Source: an uncultured virus (IMG/VR IMGVR_UViG_3300022660_000058) (lineage: Duplodnaviria > Heunggongvirae > Uroviricota > Caudoviricetes). Taken from it: DNA of 64,000 nucleotides. Position 1 is the stretch's first letter. Each line of letters begins with the position of its first letter. The position numbers and the translations under genes are program-made. A model generated the notes under the pieces. That model was not told the DNA's origin. It saw nothing but the letters and a program-made list of their open reading frames with translations, and did not search any database. Below, one piece after another: positions 9,614 to 19,898 of the stretch. The stretch lies in the IMG/VR virus record IMGVR_UViG_3300022660_000058. One strand, given 5' to 3'.

Positions 9614-9955
9614 TCATTCTTCTAATTCATCTTTGAATTTTATTGTACCCCATCCACATTCAATAGGAATTACCTTGTCACCCATAACATTGCAAATTGC
9701 TTTCATATAAAGAGCATCACAATTATATAAGCAGGTTTCTTCATTATCGTCTGTGGTAATGTTGTATTCTTCGATTGCCCAAGGCAAAAGCTTAATTACT
9801 TCTGATTCAATTTCATCAAAAACATTTTTGTTTTCAGTAATATAATTGTAAAGAGCATCACTGATTTCACTTTCATACATATTCTCAATCTTATCAATTA
9901 GGTCAACAATAGTTTTAAGTTGCTCATTGGTGTAACTGTTAATATTAAGTTTCAT
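9614..9955 (-). CDS. hypothetical acidic protein
   Basis: AGGGGAG RBS; promoter at 10014-10042. Confidence 0.7.
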   Translation of the reverse strand: MKLNINSYTNEQLKTIVDLIDKIENMYESEISDALYNYITENKNVFDEIESEVIKLLPWAIEEYNITTDDNEETCLYNCDALYMKAICNVMGDKVIPIECGWGTIKFKDELEE

Positions 9956-10092
9956 ATTTAATCTCCCCTTTAAAATTTGATTTGTTTTGTAACCTCTGTT
10001 TGATTACACCTATATATTACCATAAATCTTTTACATTGTCAATATAATAATTGCACAAATATTATTTTATTTATTTGTAGAATATGTACAAA

Positions 10093-10409
10093 TCACTCCA
10101 TTATTTTGACAATCTTCATTCTTTGTGCAAGTATCCAGCACCACCTTGGCTTTCGGGTCTGTCATAAGATGCCCAATCTTCTACCTCACACTCTACCCAC
10201 ACTCTTTTCTCGCCGTTTGCTAACTGTGTTTTTAAGTGTGGAGCAATGGGTTGAAAACAACAATGCCAACCTTGTCTAACTGCAAATCCTTTTGTCGGGT
10301 GACACTCTGCATCCATCCACTCACCAATCGGTGTCGGTACAGTTTTGTTAATAAACAATGGATAAAGATTTCCGTCTTTCTTCATTCTTAATAATTTGTA
10401 AGCAGTCAT
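10093..10409 (-). pseudogene. phage protein with an apparent 1-nt frameshift near 10137
   Basis: ORF ends ...ESQGGAGYLHKE; the shifted frame gives ...ESQGG(A)WILAQRMKIVKIME with stop at 10093. Confidence 0.55.
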
Positions 10410-10572
10410 AATGTTTACCTCTCTTAATATTATTTTGTTTTCTTGGTTTGTGCCTCTATTATATCACAAATATTCATATTGTCAATACAATTTTCATAAA
10501 AATAATGCACAAATAAATACTTGTTTTATTGTGCAATTCTACCAAATATACTACCGTGGTGGTATAAAGACT

Positions 10573-10706
10573 AATATTTTACCGTTGTAATTATTTTACC
10601 ATTTATAATATTTTACCGTTTATAAATTATTATTTTACCGTTTATAAATTATTATTTTACCGTTCTCATAATTAACTCATATACCCTATTGATATTTTAC
10701 CGTTTT
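10573..10706 (+). repeat. TATTTTACCGTT array 1 (about 6 copies)
   Basis: Read directly; lies between the terminator at ~10721-10753 and the promoter at 10458-10485. Confidence 0.9.
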
Positions 10707-10738
10707 AAAATTAAACATATAAAAAAAGATAGCTGGTA

Positions 10739-11947
10739 TTACCCAACTATCTTAACTCTGCTTATCTCTGTTTGTTTTTCTTCTTTATATTCTGTATGCT
10801 TTTTAATTGTTGCCTTAATCTTTTTAACTTTATCGGTATGCTCAATAAAATTACTTGTTTTCCATATCAATATATCACCATTTACAGTTTCAAATCTGTA
10901 TATTCTCATCATTCCATAATCCGTGGGAAAGCTCGTTACACATTCTACTGATGCTATATCAATATCTAATCTTTCGCCAACATTTCCAACATAGCTTTTA
11001 TTTTCGTTTAAAGCTCGTTTCTCGGCTCTCTTCTGTTCTCTTAATAATCTGTCTTGCTCTCGTTCAAAAACCTTAAAATAGGCTGAAGGAAGGCTTACAA
11101 CTAAACCAAAATCTCTGCTCTCACAATACTTATCTGCAACTGTTGTTTTAAGATTATAGATATATTGACTATTATTATCTGTTTTATCCAACCACTCCAA
11201 CATCTTGTGCAGTTCAGCTTCGTTCTCTTTGGTTTCAGCATTATAACCTATCTGCTCCATCTCTTTGAGAATATCTTTTCTATTCATACAACGGTGTGGA
11301 AACATAAACTCTGTAACTCTCTCTGTTGTTGTTTTGATGAATCTATCATTACTTTCCATTGCCATTGTTTTACTAATAAAACCATAATGCTTAATAGTTT
11401 CTATTGCATTTAATATAATATCCTTAACTGAATAATACTTTTTACTATTCAAAGAATCTACTGCTTCGCCTTGTATAACCTCGTCAAACCAAGATATATA
11501 TTGTGCTACATTCTCTGCTGATAATCCATTTGTAAAAGAATTTAAACAACTCTTTCCCACCTGCTTAAACTCTTTAGTTATTTCGTTATAAATTAAATAA
11601 GTATCTTTTCTTAATCTTTTTGAATTACAATGTTCACATACACTATCGGTTGACCGATATACTTCGGGTATCTCTATATTAGTTTCAAACTGTCTGATAA
11701 TATTACCTGTGTCTTTATGTTGAATTGTAGCAACAAAAACCCAATCATTAACCTTTGCTACCCCTTCAACCTCTACAAGATAATATTTAACATTATATTT
11801 TCTATCATCTTCTGTTATTTCTCTAAACTCTTCACCCTTAATCTCAAATAGAAATTCTGTGTTGCCATATTTCTTACATTTATTTTCTATTCTTTTAAGT
11901 TTCTTTTTCAATCTTTCCATATTACCTTCGTGAATTAAATACTCCAT
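10739..11947 (-). CDS. phage protein with zinc site and C-terminal OB-like domain
   Basis: CEHC...R.RKDTY...VGKSCL; C-terminal YVGNVGERL...IKATIKKH...QTEISR. Confidence 0.75.
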   Translation of the reverse strand: MEYLIHEGNMERLKKKLKRIENKCKKYGNTEFLFEIKGEEFREITEDDRKYNVKYYLVEVEGVAKVNDWVFVATIQHKDTGNIIRQFETNIEIPEVYRSTDSVCEHCNSKRLRKDTYLIYNEITKEFKQVGKSCLNSFTNGLSAENVAQYISWFDEVIQGEAVDSLNSKKYYSVKDIILNAIETIKHYGFISKTMAMESNDRFIKTTTERVTEFMFPHRCMNRKDILKEMEQIGYNAETKENEAELHKMLEWLDKTDNNSQYIYNLKTTVADKYCESRDFGLVVSLPSAYFKVFEREQDRLLREQKRAEKRALNENKSYVGNVGERLDIDIASVECVTSFPTDYGMMRIYRFETVNGDILIWKTSNFIEHTDKVKKIKATIKKHTEYKEEKQTEISRVKIVG

Positions 11948-11981
11948 AATTCTAACCCCTTTAAGTTTTATTTATGATGTC

Positions 11982-12010
11982 ATTATAACACTTGTAATAT
12001 AATTTGTCAA
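11982..12010 (-). promoter_or_regulatory. sigmaA promoter
   Basis: TTGACA-17-TATAAT with extended TG. Confidence 0.8.
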
Positions 12011-12050
12011 GTATTTCTAAATAATTATTTTACAATTTTATTTTATTTCT

Positions 12051-12187
12051 TTATTATTTTACCGTTATAAATATTTTACCGTTTTAAAATACCCATTTTA
12101 ATATTTTACCGTTTAATATTCTGCCATTAATATTATTTTACCGTTTGATATTTTACCATTTCTTTTTCTATTGTTATTTTACCGTTA
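12051..12187 (+). repeat. TATTTTACCGTT array 2 (about 6 copies)
   Basis: Read directly. Confidence 0.9.
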
Positions 12188-12201
12188 CTATTTTAGGGAA
12201 C

Positions 12202-12240
12202 AAAAAATAGAGAACAGAATAAAACTGTTCCCTATTTTTT
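12202..12240 (-). terminator. rho-independent terminator
   Basis: Minus strand ATAGGGAACAG-TTTTATT-CTGTTCTCTAT followed by a T run. Confidence 0.75.
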
Positions 12241-12636
12241 AGACAATTCTTTTGTCCACTTTATTAAATTATAAATATTTCTATCAATAATTTCTTCTTT
12301 TTGTTCATCTGTTAGTTTCTTTATTTTTCTGCCATCAGGTATAATACTTCTAATAATATTATATTTATAATGCTTAATTTTTTTATAGGTATAACTATCA
12401 TACTGCCATCCTTCGGGTAACTCCTCAAACCATTGTTCATTTTTATCCCCTGCAAAATAAATATATGCTTGAATACTTCCGTTGTCTATATGTCCTTCAC
12501 AACAGAAAATAGTTCTATATCCCAACAGATTCAATTCTTTTATTGCTGGATATATCTTATTGTCTATTTCTGCATAATCCATACTGTTGCATTTACACTC
12601 TTCTTTTTTCTGCCAACACTTTAAACATACTAACAA
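12232..12636 (-). CDS. hypothetical protein with T-x-x-C-C-E-G-H motif
   Basis: IDNKIYPAIKELNLLGYRTIFCCEGH; follows the amidotransferase gene. Confidence 0.65.
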   Translation of the reverse strand: MLVCLKCWQKKEECKCNSMDYAEIDNKIYPAIKELNLLGYRTIFCCEGHIDNGSIQAYIYFAGDKNEQWFEELPEGWQYDSYTYKKIKHYKYNIIRSIIPDGRKIKKLTDEQKEEIIDRNIYNLIKWTKELSKK

Positions 12637-13335
12637 TTACCTCAACCCTCTTTCATATAAATAATCATAATCATAATCACAGTTATAAGATTTATGACCA
12701 TACTTCCCATACATCTGTTGTCTTGCTAAATGTAACTCTCCCATTCTTTTTCCCTCACAAAAACTCTGCGGAGCTTCATATACGGTATCACCCTTATAAT
12801 ACTCCGAAGGAAAATTAGATGCAAATATTTTTCCACCATTTTCACAAGGGATATATTTTAAACTACCGTAATTTTTATTAGCAAACACCTTTCCGTTTTC
12901 ATATCCCAAGAATACACTATTATAGTATTTTGTATCTTCTGTGATACTGTCACTTGATAACAAGATGTTTTCTGTATCTGTTAATCCCTTTTTAACAACT
13001 GTGTAATTTCTTTCTGTACCATTCATTGCTAAAACTTTTCTGTCGTACTCAAAAGGATGACAATTATCATTGCTTATCTTTCCAATACTTGCAAGTCTTG
13101 TATGATAAATCACCCATTTTATTCTGTCAATATTATTAAGTATTTCTGCTGATATAACATCGTTAGTGAGCAACACTCCTTTGTCAATCGAATAACTTCC
13201 GTCTTTGTAAATAATACAACAACCATTGCCGTGTCCTCCCAACTGATTTTCTAAATAATTAAATAACTCTTCCAATCCATACTGTTCTTCAATATGTTTA
13301 ATTCCTGCCGTATTAATTAATGCCAATCTACACAT
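12637..13335 (-). CDS. class II (Ntn) glutamine amidotransferase
   Basis: N-terminal MC nucleophile, HTRLASIG, NCHPF, MNG, TDTE. Confidence 0.9.
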   Translation of the reverse strand: MCRLALINTAGIKHIEEQYGLEELFNYLENQLGGHGNGCCIIYKDGSYSIDKGVLLTNDVISAEILNNIDRIKWVIYHTRLASIGKISNDNCHPFEYDRKVLAMNGTERNYTVVKKGLTDTENILLSSDSITEDTKYYNSVFLGYENGKVFANKNYGSLKYIPCENGGKIFASNFPSEYYKGDTVYEAPQSFCEGKRMGELHLARQQMYGKYGHKSYNCDYDYDYLYERGLR

Positions 13336-13456
13336 TAAACATTCCTCCTTTACATTGTTTCTTGTTGTTCCATTCTTAAATCTTCGTAAAATTCTTTCTG
13401 TTCTGCCGTAAGTATATTATTTTCTTTTTCTGTTGTATTCTCCATAATACTCTCCT

Positions 13457-13954
13457 TTACTTATTTAAAAACTCTGTTATCTGCTTACCTACTTGACAAG
13501 CATATTTATTTCTGTCATCGTAATTATTCTGCTCGTACATTTCTGCACACTTTTCAAGCCACCAAATACAAAGCTCTGTAAATTCACCCTGCAAATATCT
13601 ATGCTCTCTACTCATAGCTTCACAAAATTCTTTCTTACTAAACCTGCCATTGATAGCATCTGTAATTGTTGTTGCTAATTGTTTTGCTTTATCATTTGAG
13701 TCTTTTGTTACTTCAAAATAAACCACATTTCCCCAACAATCATTTGCTATTAGTCTTACTTTTGTATCGGTTTCTCTGTCAACCATAAAAGCATAAAACA
13801 ACTTTAAACTATTAAGTTTATCTGCTAACTCTTTTCCGTTTTTGCTATCTTCTACTGCATCCTCAATTTCTGCAATAGAACATTCATCTCCGTACCACAT
13901 ATTACTCAGTGATTCTCTTATACCATCTGAATTTTTTAAAATAGGATTCTTCAT
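13457..13954 (-). CDS. hypothetical phage protein
   Basis: Co-oriented, coupled to the upstream gene; REHRYLQ...YDDRN. Confidence 0.7.
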   Translation of the reverse strand: MKNPILKNSDGIRESLSNMWYGDECSIAEIEDAVEDSKNGKELADKLNSLKLFYAFMVDRETDTKVRLIANDCWGNVVYFEVTKDSNDKAKQLATTITDAINGRFSKKEFCEAMSREHRYLQGEFTELCIWWLEKCAEMYEQNNYDDRNKYACQVGKQITEFLNK

Positions 13955-14238
13955 TACACTTCTCCACCTTTATTTGAAATTTCTGTATCAATAATGTGAG
14001 TGATAGCACTCATTCTGTCCCAATTTTCCATTATGTTTTCTGTTGTTTCATTTTCCTTTGCTTCTCTGCTTAAAAACATTACTGTAAAATCTCTCAAATT
14101 TCTCAGTGCAAGTATATCCATTTCTGCAAGATGTAAAGTTTCTTTGATAATTTTAATTTCTTCGTTTGATGCAAAACCCCTCTGCTTTGGATGATATTTG
14201 TTTAAAAGTTCTCTTAACATTTGAAAATTAGTATTCAT
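13954..14238 (-). CDS. hypothetical phage protein
   Basis: GGAGG RBS. Confidence 0.7.
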   Translation of the reverse strand: MNTNFQMLRELLNKYHPKQRGFASNEEIKIIKETLHLAEMDILALRNLRDFTVMFLSREAKENETTENIMENWDRMSAITHIIDTEISNKGGEV

Positions 14239-14252
14239 TATCCTGCCTCCTA

Positions 14253-14474
14253 TTAATAATCTTCTCTGCCATAATTAACAGTTCCACATTGTGAGCCTTC
14301 TGTGAGTACAACGGCTTTATAATCTGTTCCACGAAAACTTTCAATATTGTATTCTGCAATATCACTTCCAATGTTCATTGCAAAATCACTGCCAAATGTC
14401 TGCCTCATTCCAATTCTAACCTGCATATTATCATCATAAGTTTCAAGTATGTTAATCAATTCTCTAACTGTCAT
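14253..14474 (-). CDS. hypothetical phage protein
   Basis: MTVRELI..L..YD N-terminus typical of small phage proteins; GAGG RBS. Confidence 0.7.
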   Translation of the reverse strand: MTVRELINILETYDDNMQVRIGMRQTFGSDFAMNIGSDIAEYNIESFRGTDYKAVVLTEGSQCGTVNYGREDY

Positions 14475-14503
14475 AATTAAATCCTCCTATAAATTATCCT
14501 TTA

Positions 14504-14818
14504 TCAATTATTCCAATCTGCAAAAGTTTCTTCTAAATCTTCTTTGTCTGCATTATCTTTGTAATACTGCAAAACTTCTTCTTTGTTATCTACAACATAT
14601 CCCAAGTCAACAAACTTGTGTTCTGCCATATAGTTTAATGTTGCTCCACCATTGAATACATCAATGCTAAAACAAGATTCCATATAATTTTCTCCGTCAA
14701 TCTCTTTTGCCATTTCAACGATTTCTGCTGGAAGTTCTCCATCTCCTCTTAAACAAACTCTGCCAATACCACCACAAGGACAAAAACATTCATCAAATAA
14801 TTCTTTGTTAATATACAT
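14504..14818 (-). CDS. hypothetical phage protein
   Basis: AGGAGG RBS. Confidence 0.7.
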   Translation of the reverse strand: MYINKELFDECFCPCGGIGRVCLRGDGELPAEIVEMAKEIDGENYMESCFSIDVFNGGATLNYMAEHKFVDLGYVVDNKEEVLQYYKDNADKEDLEETFADWNN

Positions 14819-14844
14819 AACTAAATCCTCCTTAAAATTGTGTT

Positions 14845-15054
14845 TTAAAATTCTACTTCAATATTTAATTCATTATCGGTTACATACATATACTGAATTT
14901 TTGCATTTAAAACCTTTTCTTTGATATTCCAATAATCATATTCAAAAAACTTGCCTCTGCCAAGTGTTAAATAATCTGCCCTATCTTCATTCCACATCTT
15001 AATATGATATGCTCCTTGAATTTCAAATTGTTCACTTAACTCTTTAATGCTCAT
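14845..15054 (-). CDS. hypothetical phage protein
   Basis: GGAGG RBS. Confidence 0.7.
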   Translation of the reverse strand: MSIKELSEQFEIQGAYHIKMWNEDRADYLTLGRGKFFEYDYWNIKEKVLNAKIQYMYVTDNELNIEVEF

Positions 15055-15067
15055 ATTAAATCCTCCA

Positions 15068-15568
15068 TTAAAATATCTTTATAAACTCTCCGTTGCAACA
15101 ACCACAACGGTAATGTTCCCAATGCTTTGTAAAATTGCTTTCCTTCATTCTATTGTAAACCTTACCACAATCTTTACACTTAAACTGATGCTTAATTGCT
15201 TGCGGTGTATTCTCTATAGGCTCTACACCTTTTTCCTCTGCACTTGAACATCTTTTAATATTGTATCCGTATGCTCTGTTGACTTTGTTTGCTTCTCGTT
15301 TCCAATTCTCACCGTGATTCATACAACCTTTACAAGTATGTAACAGTTCGTGAATAATTGTATTAATTGCTCCGTCAACATCAACATCATCTGCCAACAA
15401 CCTGCTTGAAATACTAATTGTATAACTACCGTTGGAATTATATTTACATAAACCCCATCTCTTCTTTGCTCTTGTATTGACCTCCCAATGGATAACCTCT
15501 GCATACTGAATACCGATGTTATCAAGTTCTACCATACATTCGTTTGCAAGTTCGATTAAGTTTTTCAT
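15068..15568 (-). CDS. SprT-like zinc metalloprotease (second copy)
   Basis: RWGLC, HELLH...HG..W, C-terminal CKDC..CGCC zinc ribbon. Confidence 0.85.
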   Translation of the reverse strand: MKNLIELANECMVELDNIGIQYAEVIHWEVNTRAKKRWGLCKYNSNGSYTISISSRLLADDVDVDGAINTIIHELLHTCKGCMNHGENWKREANKVNRAYGYNIKRCSSAEEKGVEPIENTPQAIKHQFKCKDCGKVYNRMKESNFTKHWEHYRCGCCNGEFIKIF

Positions 15569-15688
15569 TGTTTTTTCTCTCCTAAATTTTATTTTGTTTG
15601 TTTCTATACTTATATTATACTCATAATTTTCATATTGTCAATAGGATTTCTACCAAAATATTGCACAAATCTTATTATATATTTTTGT

Positions 15689-16063
15689 TTAATGTGTATA
15701 AGTTTTTCTGCCGTAACCTCTGATAGCCATTTCTCTTTTTTCAAATATATCTATATCGTTTAATGATTTTTCTTTAAAAGTAATAATATGATAGTTATTA
15801 GGTGCAACCACTATATACTCATATCTATTCAAGGCAATATTAACACTACCATCTGTATTGTAATATGCTAATATGGGATACATTATTGCCTTGCGAATAT
15901 CAATATCGGGATACCTTTCTGCTATTCTCTGTTTGGCGTGTTTTGTTAAAACAAAATGCTCTGCAATTTCTCTTAACTCTTCTGCCGTTAATTCTTGTCC
16001 TCTGTTTAATTTTCTCATAATTCTGTCAACCTTTCTTCTGTTGTTGTACCTATATTTTACCAT
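15689..16063 (-). CDS. hypothetical protein with T-x-H-A-x-x-R motif (RelE/BrnT-like fold possible)
   Basis: LTKHAKQRIAERY...IIT. Confidence 0.55.
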   Translation of the reverse strand: MVKYRYNNRRKVDRIMRKLNRGQELTAEELREIAEHFVLTKHAKQRIAERYPDIDIRKAIMYPILAYYNTDGSVNIALNRYEYIVVAPNNYHIITFKEKSLNDIDIFEKREMAIRGYGRKTYTH

Positions 16064-16156
16064 ATTGATATTGCAAAATCTATTCGCAAAATAACCAAAT
16101 ATTATTTTGTTTTTCTGTTGTTTTTATACATATTGCACAACAACCTTTCTGCTGGA

Positions 16157-16361
16157 TTATTATTTTACCGTTGCAATGTTTTATTATTATATTATTTTAC
16201 CGTTTTGATTTTTAATATTATTATTTTACCGTTCTTAATATGTTACCGTTTAATTATTTTACCGTTTCCACTTTAATATTTTACGGTTTCTAATATTTTA
16301 CGGTTTTAAATATTGTTATTTTACCGTTTATTATTTTACAGTTACTAATATTTTACCGTTT
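16157..16361 (+). repeat. TATTTTACCGTT array 3 (about 10 copies)
   Basis: Read directly; includes ACGGT variants. Confidence 0.9.
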
Positions 16362-16408
16362 ATATAATCCAATAATAAAAAGAGTATCAAAACTGATACC
16401 CTTGTGTT

Positions 16409-16687
16409 TTATTCTATTATCATTTCCATTTCTACTGCCATTTTATATAGTTCTGTGATTATCTTTTCTTCCATCTGCCCAATGCTTAACTCTGTATCAC
16501 TACACAACCAAATCGCTGTTGCTGTGGCTCTAAAATCGTTCTGCTTTAACAGTTCAAACATTTTATTATATTGTGCCTCTCCTCCGTGATAAAACCAATG
16601 TTCTTTTATACACAATGTCCTCATTAAAGAAACTTTCCAAGCATTTTTTAAACCCTTAATTTTTTCTGCCATTTCAATATTATTCAT
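16409..16687 (-). CDS. hypothetical phage protein
   Basis: GAGGAGG RBS before MNNIEM. Confidence 0.7.
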   Translation of the reverse strand: MNNIEMAEKIKGLKNAWKVSLMRTLCIKEHWFYHGGEAQYNKMFELLKQNDFRATATAIWLCSDTELSIGQMEEKIITELYKMAVEMEMIIE

Positions 16688-17195
16688 TATAACCCTCCTC
16701 AACCTCATTAATATATTGCTCTCTCATTTTAATATAATCTTCTGATTGCATATCTGCTATTACCTGCTTGTCCTCTTCTGTTAATAAATCATATCTTTTC
16801 CCTATCCTTTCACAATACGGTCTTAATGCTATTTTATCTAATACCTTTATCATATCTTCAATGAATAAATTCCCAAGGCTCTCGGTATCTTTACTCAATA
16901 TACTTGATAATGCAACTTTAATTACATTTTCTTCTCTTGTTTGTGTCTTTATATCTTCTTCAAGCATCATATTATCAAACAATAAATCATCTCTTTTCTG
17001 TATTAGTTCATCTCTAACTGATTTAAATTTTTCTATTGTTTGTAATATCTCTTCCCTGCTCTTTGTTGTTTCTGTGGCTATATTCCTATTGATTTTATCA
17101 ATAACATTATAACCTTTTTCAATCTTGCTTTCATTCTCTGCAATTTCTACCCCTATACCCTTTATCGCATACCCTAATAATTCTTTTCTATCCAT
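16680..17195 (-). CDS. hypothetical coiled-coil protein
   Basis: Start revised to MDRKEL (GAGGGG RBS; promoter 17233-17261). Confidence 0.7.
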   Translation of the reverse strand: MDRKELLGYAIKGIGVEIAENESKIEKGYNVIDKINRNIATETTKSREEILQTIEKFKSVRDELIQKRDDLLFDNMMLEEDIKTQTREENVIKVALSSILSKDTESLGNLFIEDMIKVLDKIALRPYCERIGKRYDLLTEEDKQVIADMQSEDYIKMREQYINEVEEGYNE

Positions 17196-17232
17196 ACTTA
17201 AACCCCTCTCATTTTGGCTATTTCTTAATATT

Positions 17233-17261
17233 ATTATATGATGTAATTTTTCTATTGTCAA
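17233..17261 (-). promoter_or_regulatory. sigmaA promoter
   Basis: TTGACA-17-TATAAT. Confidence 0.8.
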
Positions 17262-17298
17262 TATAAATTCTGATAATAATTTTATTTTATTTCCTACT

Positions 17299-17440
17299 AA
17301 TATTTTACCATTTTATTATTTTACCGTTTTAATTTCTGCAAACTAATATTTTACCGTTTGATATTTTACCATTCTTCTGTTGATATTATTTTACCGTTCT
17401 AATTTTTCTTATTTTACCATTACTATTATTTTACCGTTTT
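17299..17440 (+). repeat. TATTTTACCGTT array 4 (about 7 copies)
   Basis: Read directly; includes ACCAT variants. Confidence 0.9.
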
Positions 17441-17454
17441 CTTTCTGTTGACTA

Positions 17455-17490
17455 ATAAAAAGCACCAACATTTTTTCTGTCGGTGCTTTA
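17455..17490 (-). terminator. rho-independent terminator
   Basis: AAAGCACC...GGTGCTTT stem with a T run on the minus strand. Confidence 0.7.
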
Positions 17491-17819
17491 TTATTTCAGT
17501 TTAATATTATATTGTTTTTCTGCAAACTCCCTCTTTCTTCTTCAACCTCTCTGTCATTGTCACAACTGCAATAAAATTTTCCGTCTATGTACAGATAATA
17601 TACTCCCCTCTCTCGTCTGATTTCTAACATTTTAAATCACTCCTTAATAAGAATAGTATTGTTTGTTATCTCTTAATTCTTCTATTAAATCTAAAACATC
17701 ATTCAAGCGAACAGATTGAATATCACTAACTCCTACCCAATCATTCGGTATATATGCCTTTTCTTTTATTGCTTCAATCAACTGATTTACATTTTCTTCT
17801 GTCATTTTTATTTACTCCT

Positions 17820-18113
17820 TTAAAGTGTTTTAATAATTTCTATTTCTTTGCTCCATATCCATTCTTCTTTGGGGATGGGTGGATAAGTTTTTTCGTCTTC
17901 TTTGTAAGAGAGTTCTAAAGTTTCCAGCCAGTCTTTAAGTAACTCGGTAGGCGTATCGTATTCAAAAACATCGACACCGTTGTCGATACAATACTGTCCC
18001 TTCTTATTTACAAAGAAATCACCATACCAATTACCAATATCTTTACAAAGTTTAATTAAATCAATCTTTTCACCATTAAATATAATTTCTTTTTTCATTT
18101 TTCTGTCCTCCAT
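17820..18113 (-). CDS. hypothetical phage protein
   Basis: Co-oriented ORF with GGAGG. Confidence 0.65.
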   Translation of the reverse strand: MEDRKMKKEIIFNGEKIDLIKLCKDIGNWYGDFFVNKKGQYCIDNGVDVFEYDTPTELLKDWLETLELSYKEDEKTYPPIPKEEWIWSKEIEIIKTL

Positions 18114-18389
18114 TTAATTATATATTTTGTCTAACTCTGTTAATATTCTTGTTACTTCTCTGTCCTGCTCTGTCATTTCAATATGCTCTGTATTTTCCTG
18201 CCATCTTTTCAATGCCGTTGTAACTCCATCGGATAAATAATAGCCTACAATTTCTTCTGCATTTGCCGTTTCATCAAATACCATAGTACAAACATAATCA
18301 ATATTCTGCACATCTGCCTCCTTTAATGCTCTGTAAATTGCATCCATTGTGTTTTCATATTTCTGCTGATAATATGTTATATCCTTCAT
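18114..18389 (-). CDS. hypothetical phage protein
   Basis: AGGAGG RBS. Confidence 0.7.
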   Translation of the reverse strand: MKDITYYQQKYENTMDAIYRALKEADVQNIDYVCTMVFDETANAEEIVGYYLSDGVTTALKRWQENTEHIEMTEQDREVTRILTELDKIYN

Positions 18390-18405
18390 TTTTCTGCCCT
18401 CCTTA

Positions 18406-18768
18406 TTAATAATTGTTATCTAAAAGTTTATAAACTTCTAACAGTTCTTTAATGTTTTCCTGCTCGTAAAATTCTCTGATAACTGCATCTCTTTTTTCTG
18501 CTGATAATCTCTTAATGTCATTATCTGCTTTGTATACTGCAATATAATCTGCTTCGTTAACTTCGATAATATTGCTGATACATCTTTTCATAACTGTTTG
18601 GTATCTGTAACACTCCCAAGTTCTGTTGAGATAGTGACAACTTGCTCTGCCGTGTTTTCTGCCATCAATAAACAGTGTTGTATCGTGTGCAAATCCGTTT
18701 CGGGTGTTTCTGCTCTCGTTGATAAATTCGTATTCATTGCCGTTAATGTTGATTTTTCTAATTGTCAT
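18406..18768 (-). CDS. hypothetical phage protein
   Basis: AAGGAG RBS; RNGFAH...YLNRTWE. Confidence 0.75.
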   Translation of the reverse strand: MTIRKININGNEYEFINESRNTRNGFAHDTTLFIDGRKHGRASCHYLNRTWECYRYQTVMKRCISNIIEVNEADYIAVYKADNDIKRLSAEKRDAVIREFYEQENIKELLEVYKLLDNNY

Positions 18769-19097
18769 AATTAAAACTCCTTTAATATTTTATTTATATT
18801 ATTTTATATTCTTATTTACTTCTGCCGTTGCATCTGCTTTTATTGTATCTTTTATTTCTGTGATTTCTTTCTCTTCTCTCTTCTAATGCCACTAATTTAT
18901 CCTCGAAAATTATTGCAAATACAATGAGAGTTAATACAGTAAAAAAGAAAACTGAAAAACTTTCTAAACTATTAAACATTTTTTACACCTCTTTTCTGTC
19001 GGCTCTGCCGTTCTCTGTGATTATATGTTATCATAATTTTCTGTCAATTTCCATTCGCAAATTGCACAAATTTTATTTTATTCCTTTGTGCAATTTG

Positions 19098-19262
19098 TTA
19101 GTTTTCTGTCTGCTGACTATAATATTCTATTAAAAGCATTATAGCGTTCTCGTCAAGGTTTATACTGTTTGTGTTGTCTCCTTTAAGTCTGCATAAATAA
19201 TAATCATTCTGCTTCATTCCGTTTAACATTTCTGTTAAAATCTGCACTTTGTAATTATCCAT
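19098..19262 (-). CDS. 54-aa hypothetical protein (below ORF-track cutoff)
   Basis: MDNYKVQILTEML...QQTEN translated by hand; GGAGG RBS; own promoter at 19323-19351. Confidence 0.65.
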   Translation of the reverse strand: MDNYKVQILTEMLNGMKQNDYYLCRLKGDNTNSINLDENAIMLLIEYYSQQTEN

Positions 19263-19430
19263 TGTGTAGCCTCCATTTAAAATAGTATTTTTGTTTTCTG
19301 CAACCTTTTCGATTACACCCTTATTCTACCATATAATTTTTACATTGTCAATGTAAAATATGCACAAAGTTTCTGTTAATTTTATTATATATTTTTGTGT
19401 AACCTGCACAACGATTTTCTGCCGTGATTA

Positions 19431-19861
19431 TATTATTTTACCGTTTCAATTCTTCTGTGACTCCAACGGCTATTATTTTACCGTTTCAATTATTATATTT
19501 TATTATTTTACCGTTGCTAAAACTCCTATAATTATTTTACCGTTACTATTATTTTACCGTTACTATTATGTTACCGTTACTATTATGTTACCGTTACTAT
19601 TATGTTACCGTTTTAAAAATTCCCTCCCTGCATCATTTAATATTTTACCGTTTATATTCTGTATTCTGTTATTTTACCGTTTTAATTATCCTTTAATTAT
19701 TATTTTACCGTTCTATTATTTTACCGTTTGGATTATAATATTTTACGGTTTCTGTTATTTTACCGTTGATACTATTATTATTTTACCGTTTTAAATTTCC
19801 TTTACTCCCCTGCTTATTATTTTACGGTTTCAAAAATGCTATTACTAATATTTTACCGTTT
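19431..19861 (+). repeat. TATTTTACCGTT array 5 (about 17 copies, including a 17-bp tandem run at ~19535-19612)
   Basis: Read directly. Confidence 0.92.
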
Positions 19862-19898
19862 AAAAATAAAAAAATAATAAAAAAAGAAGATTGATTTC

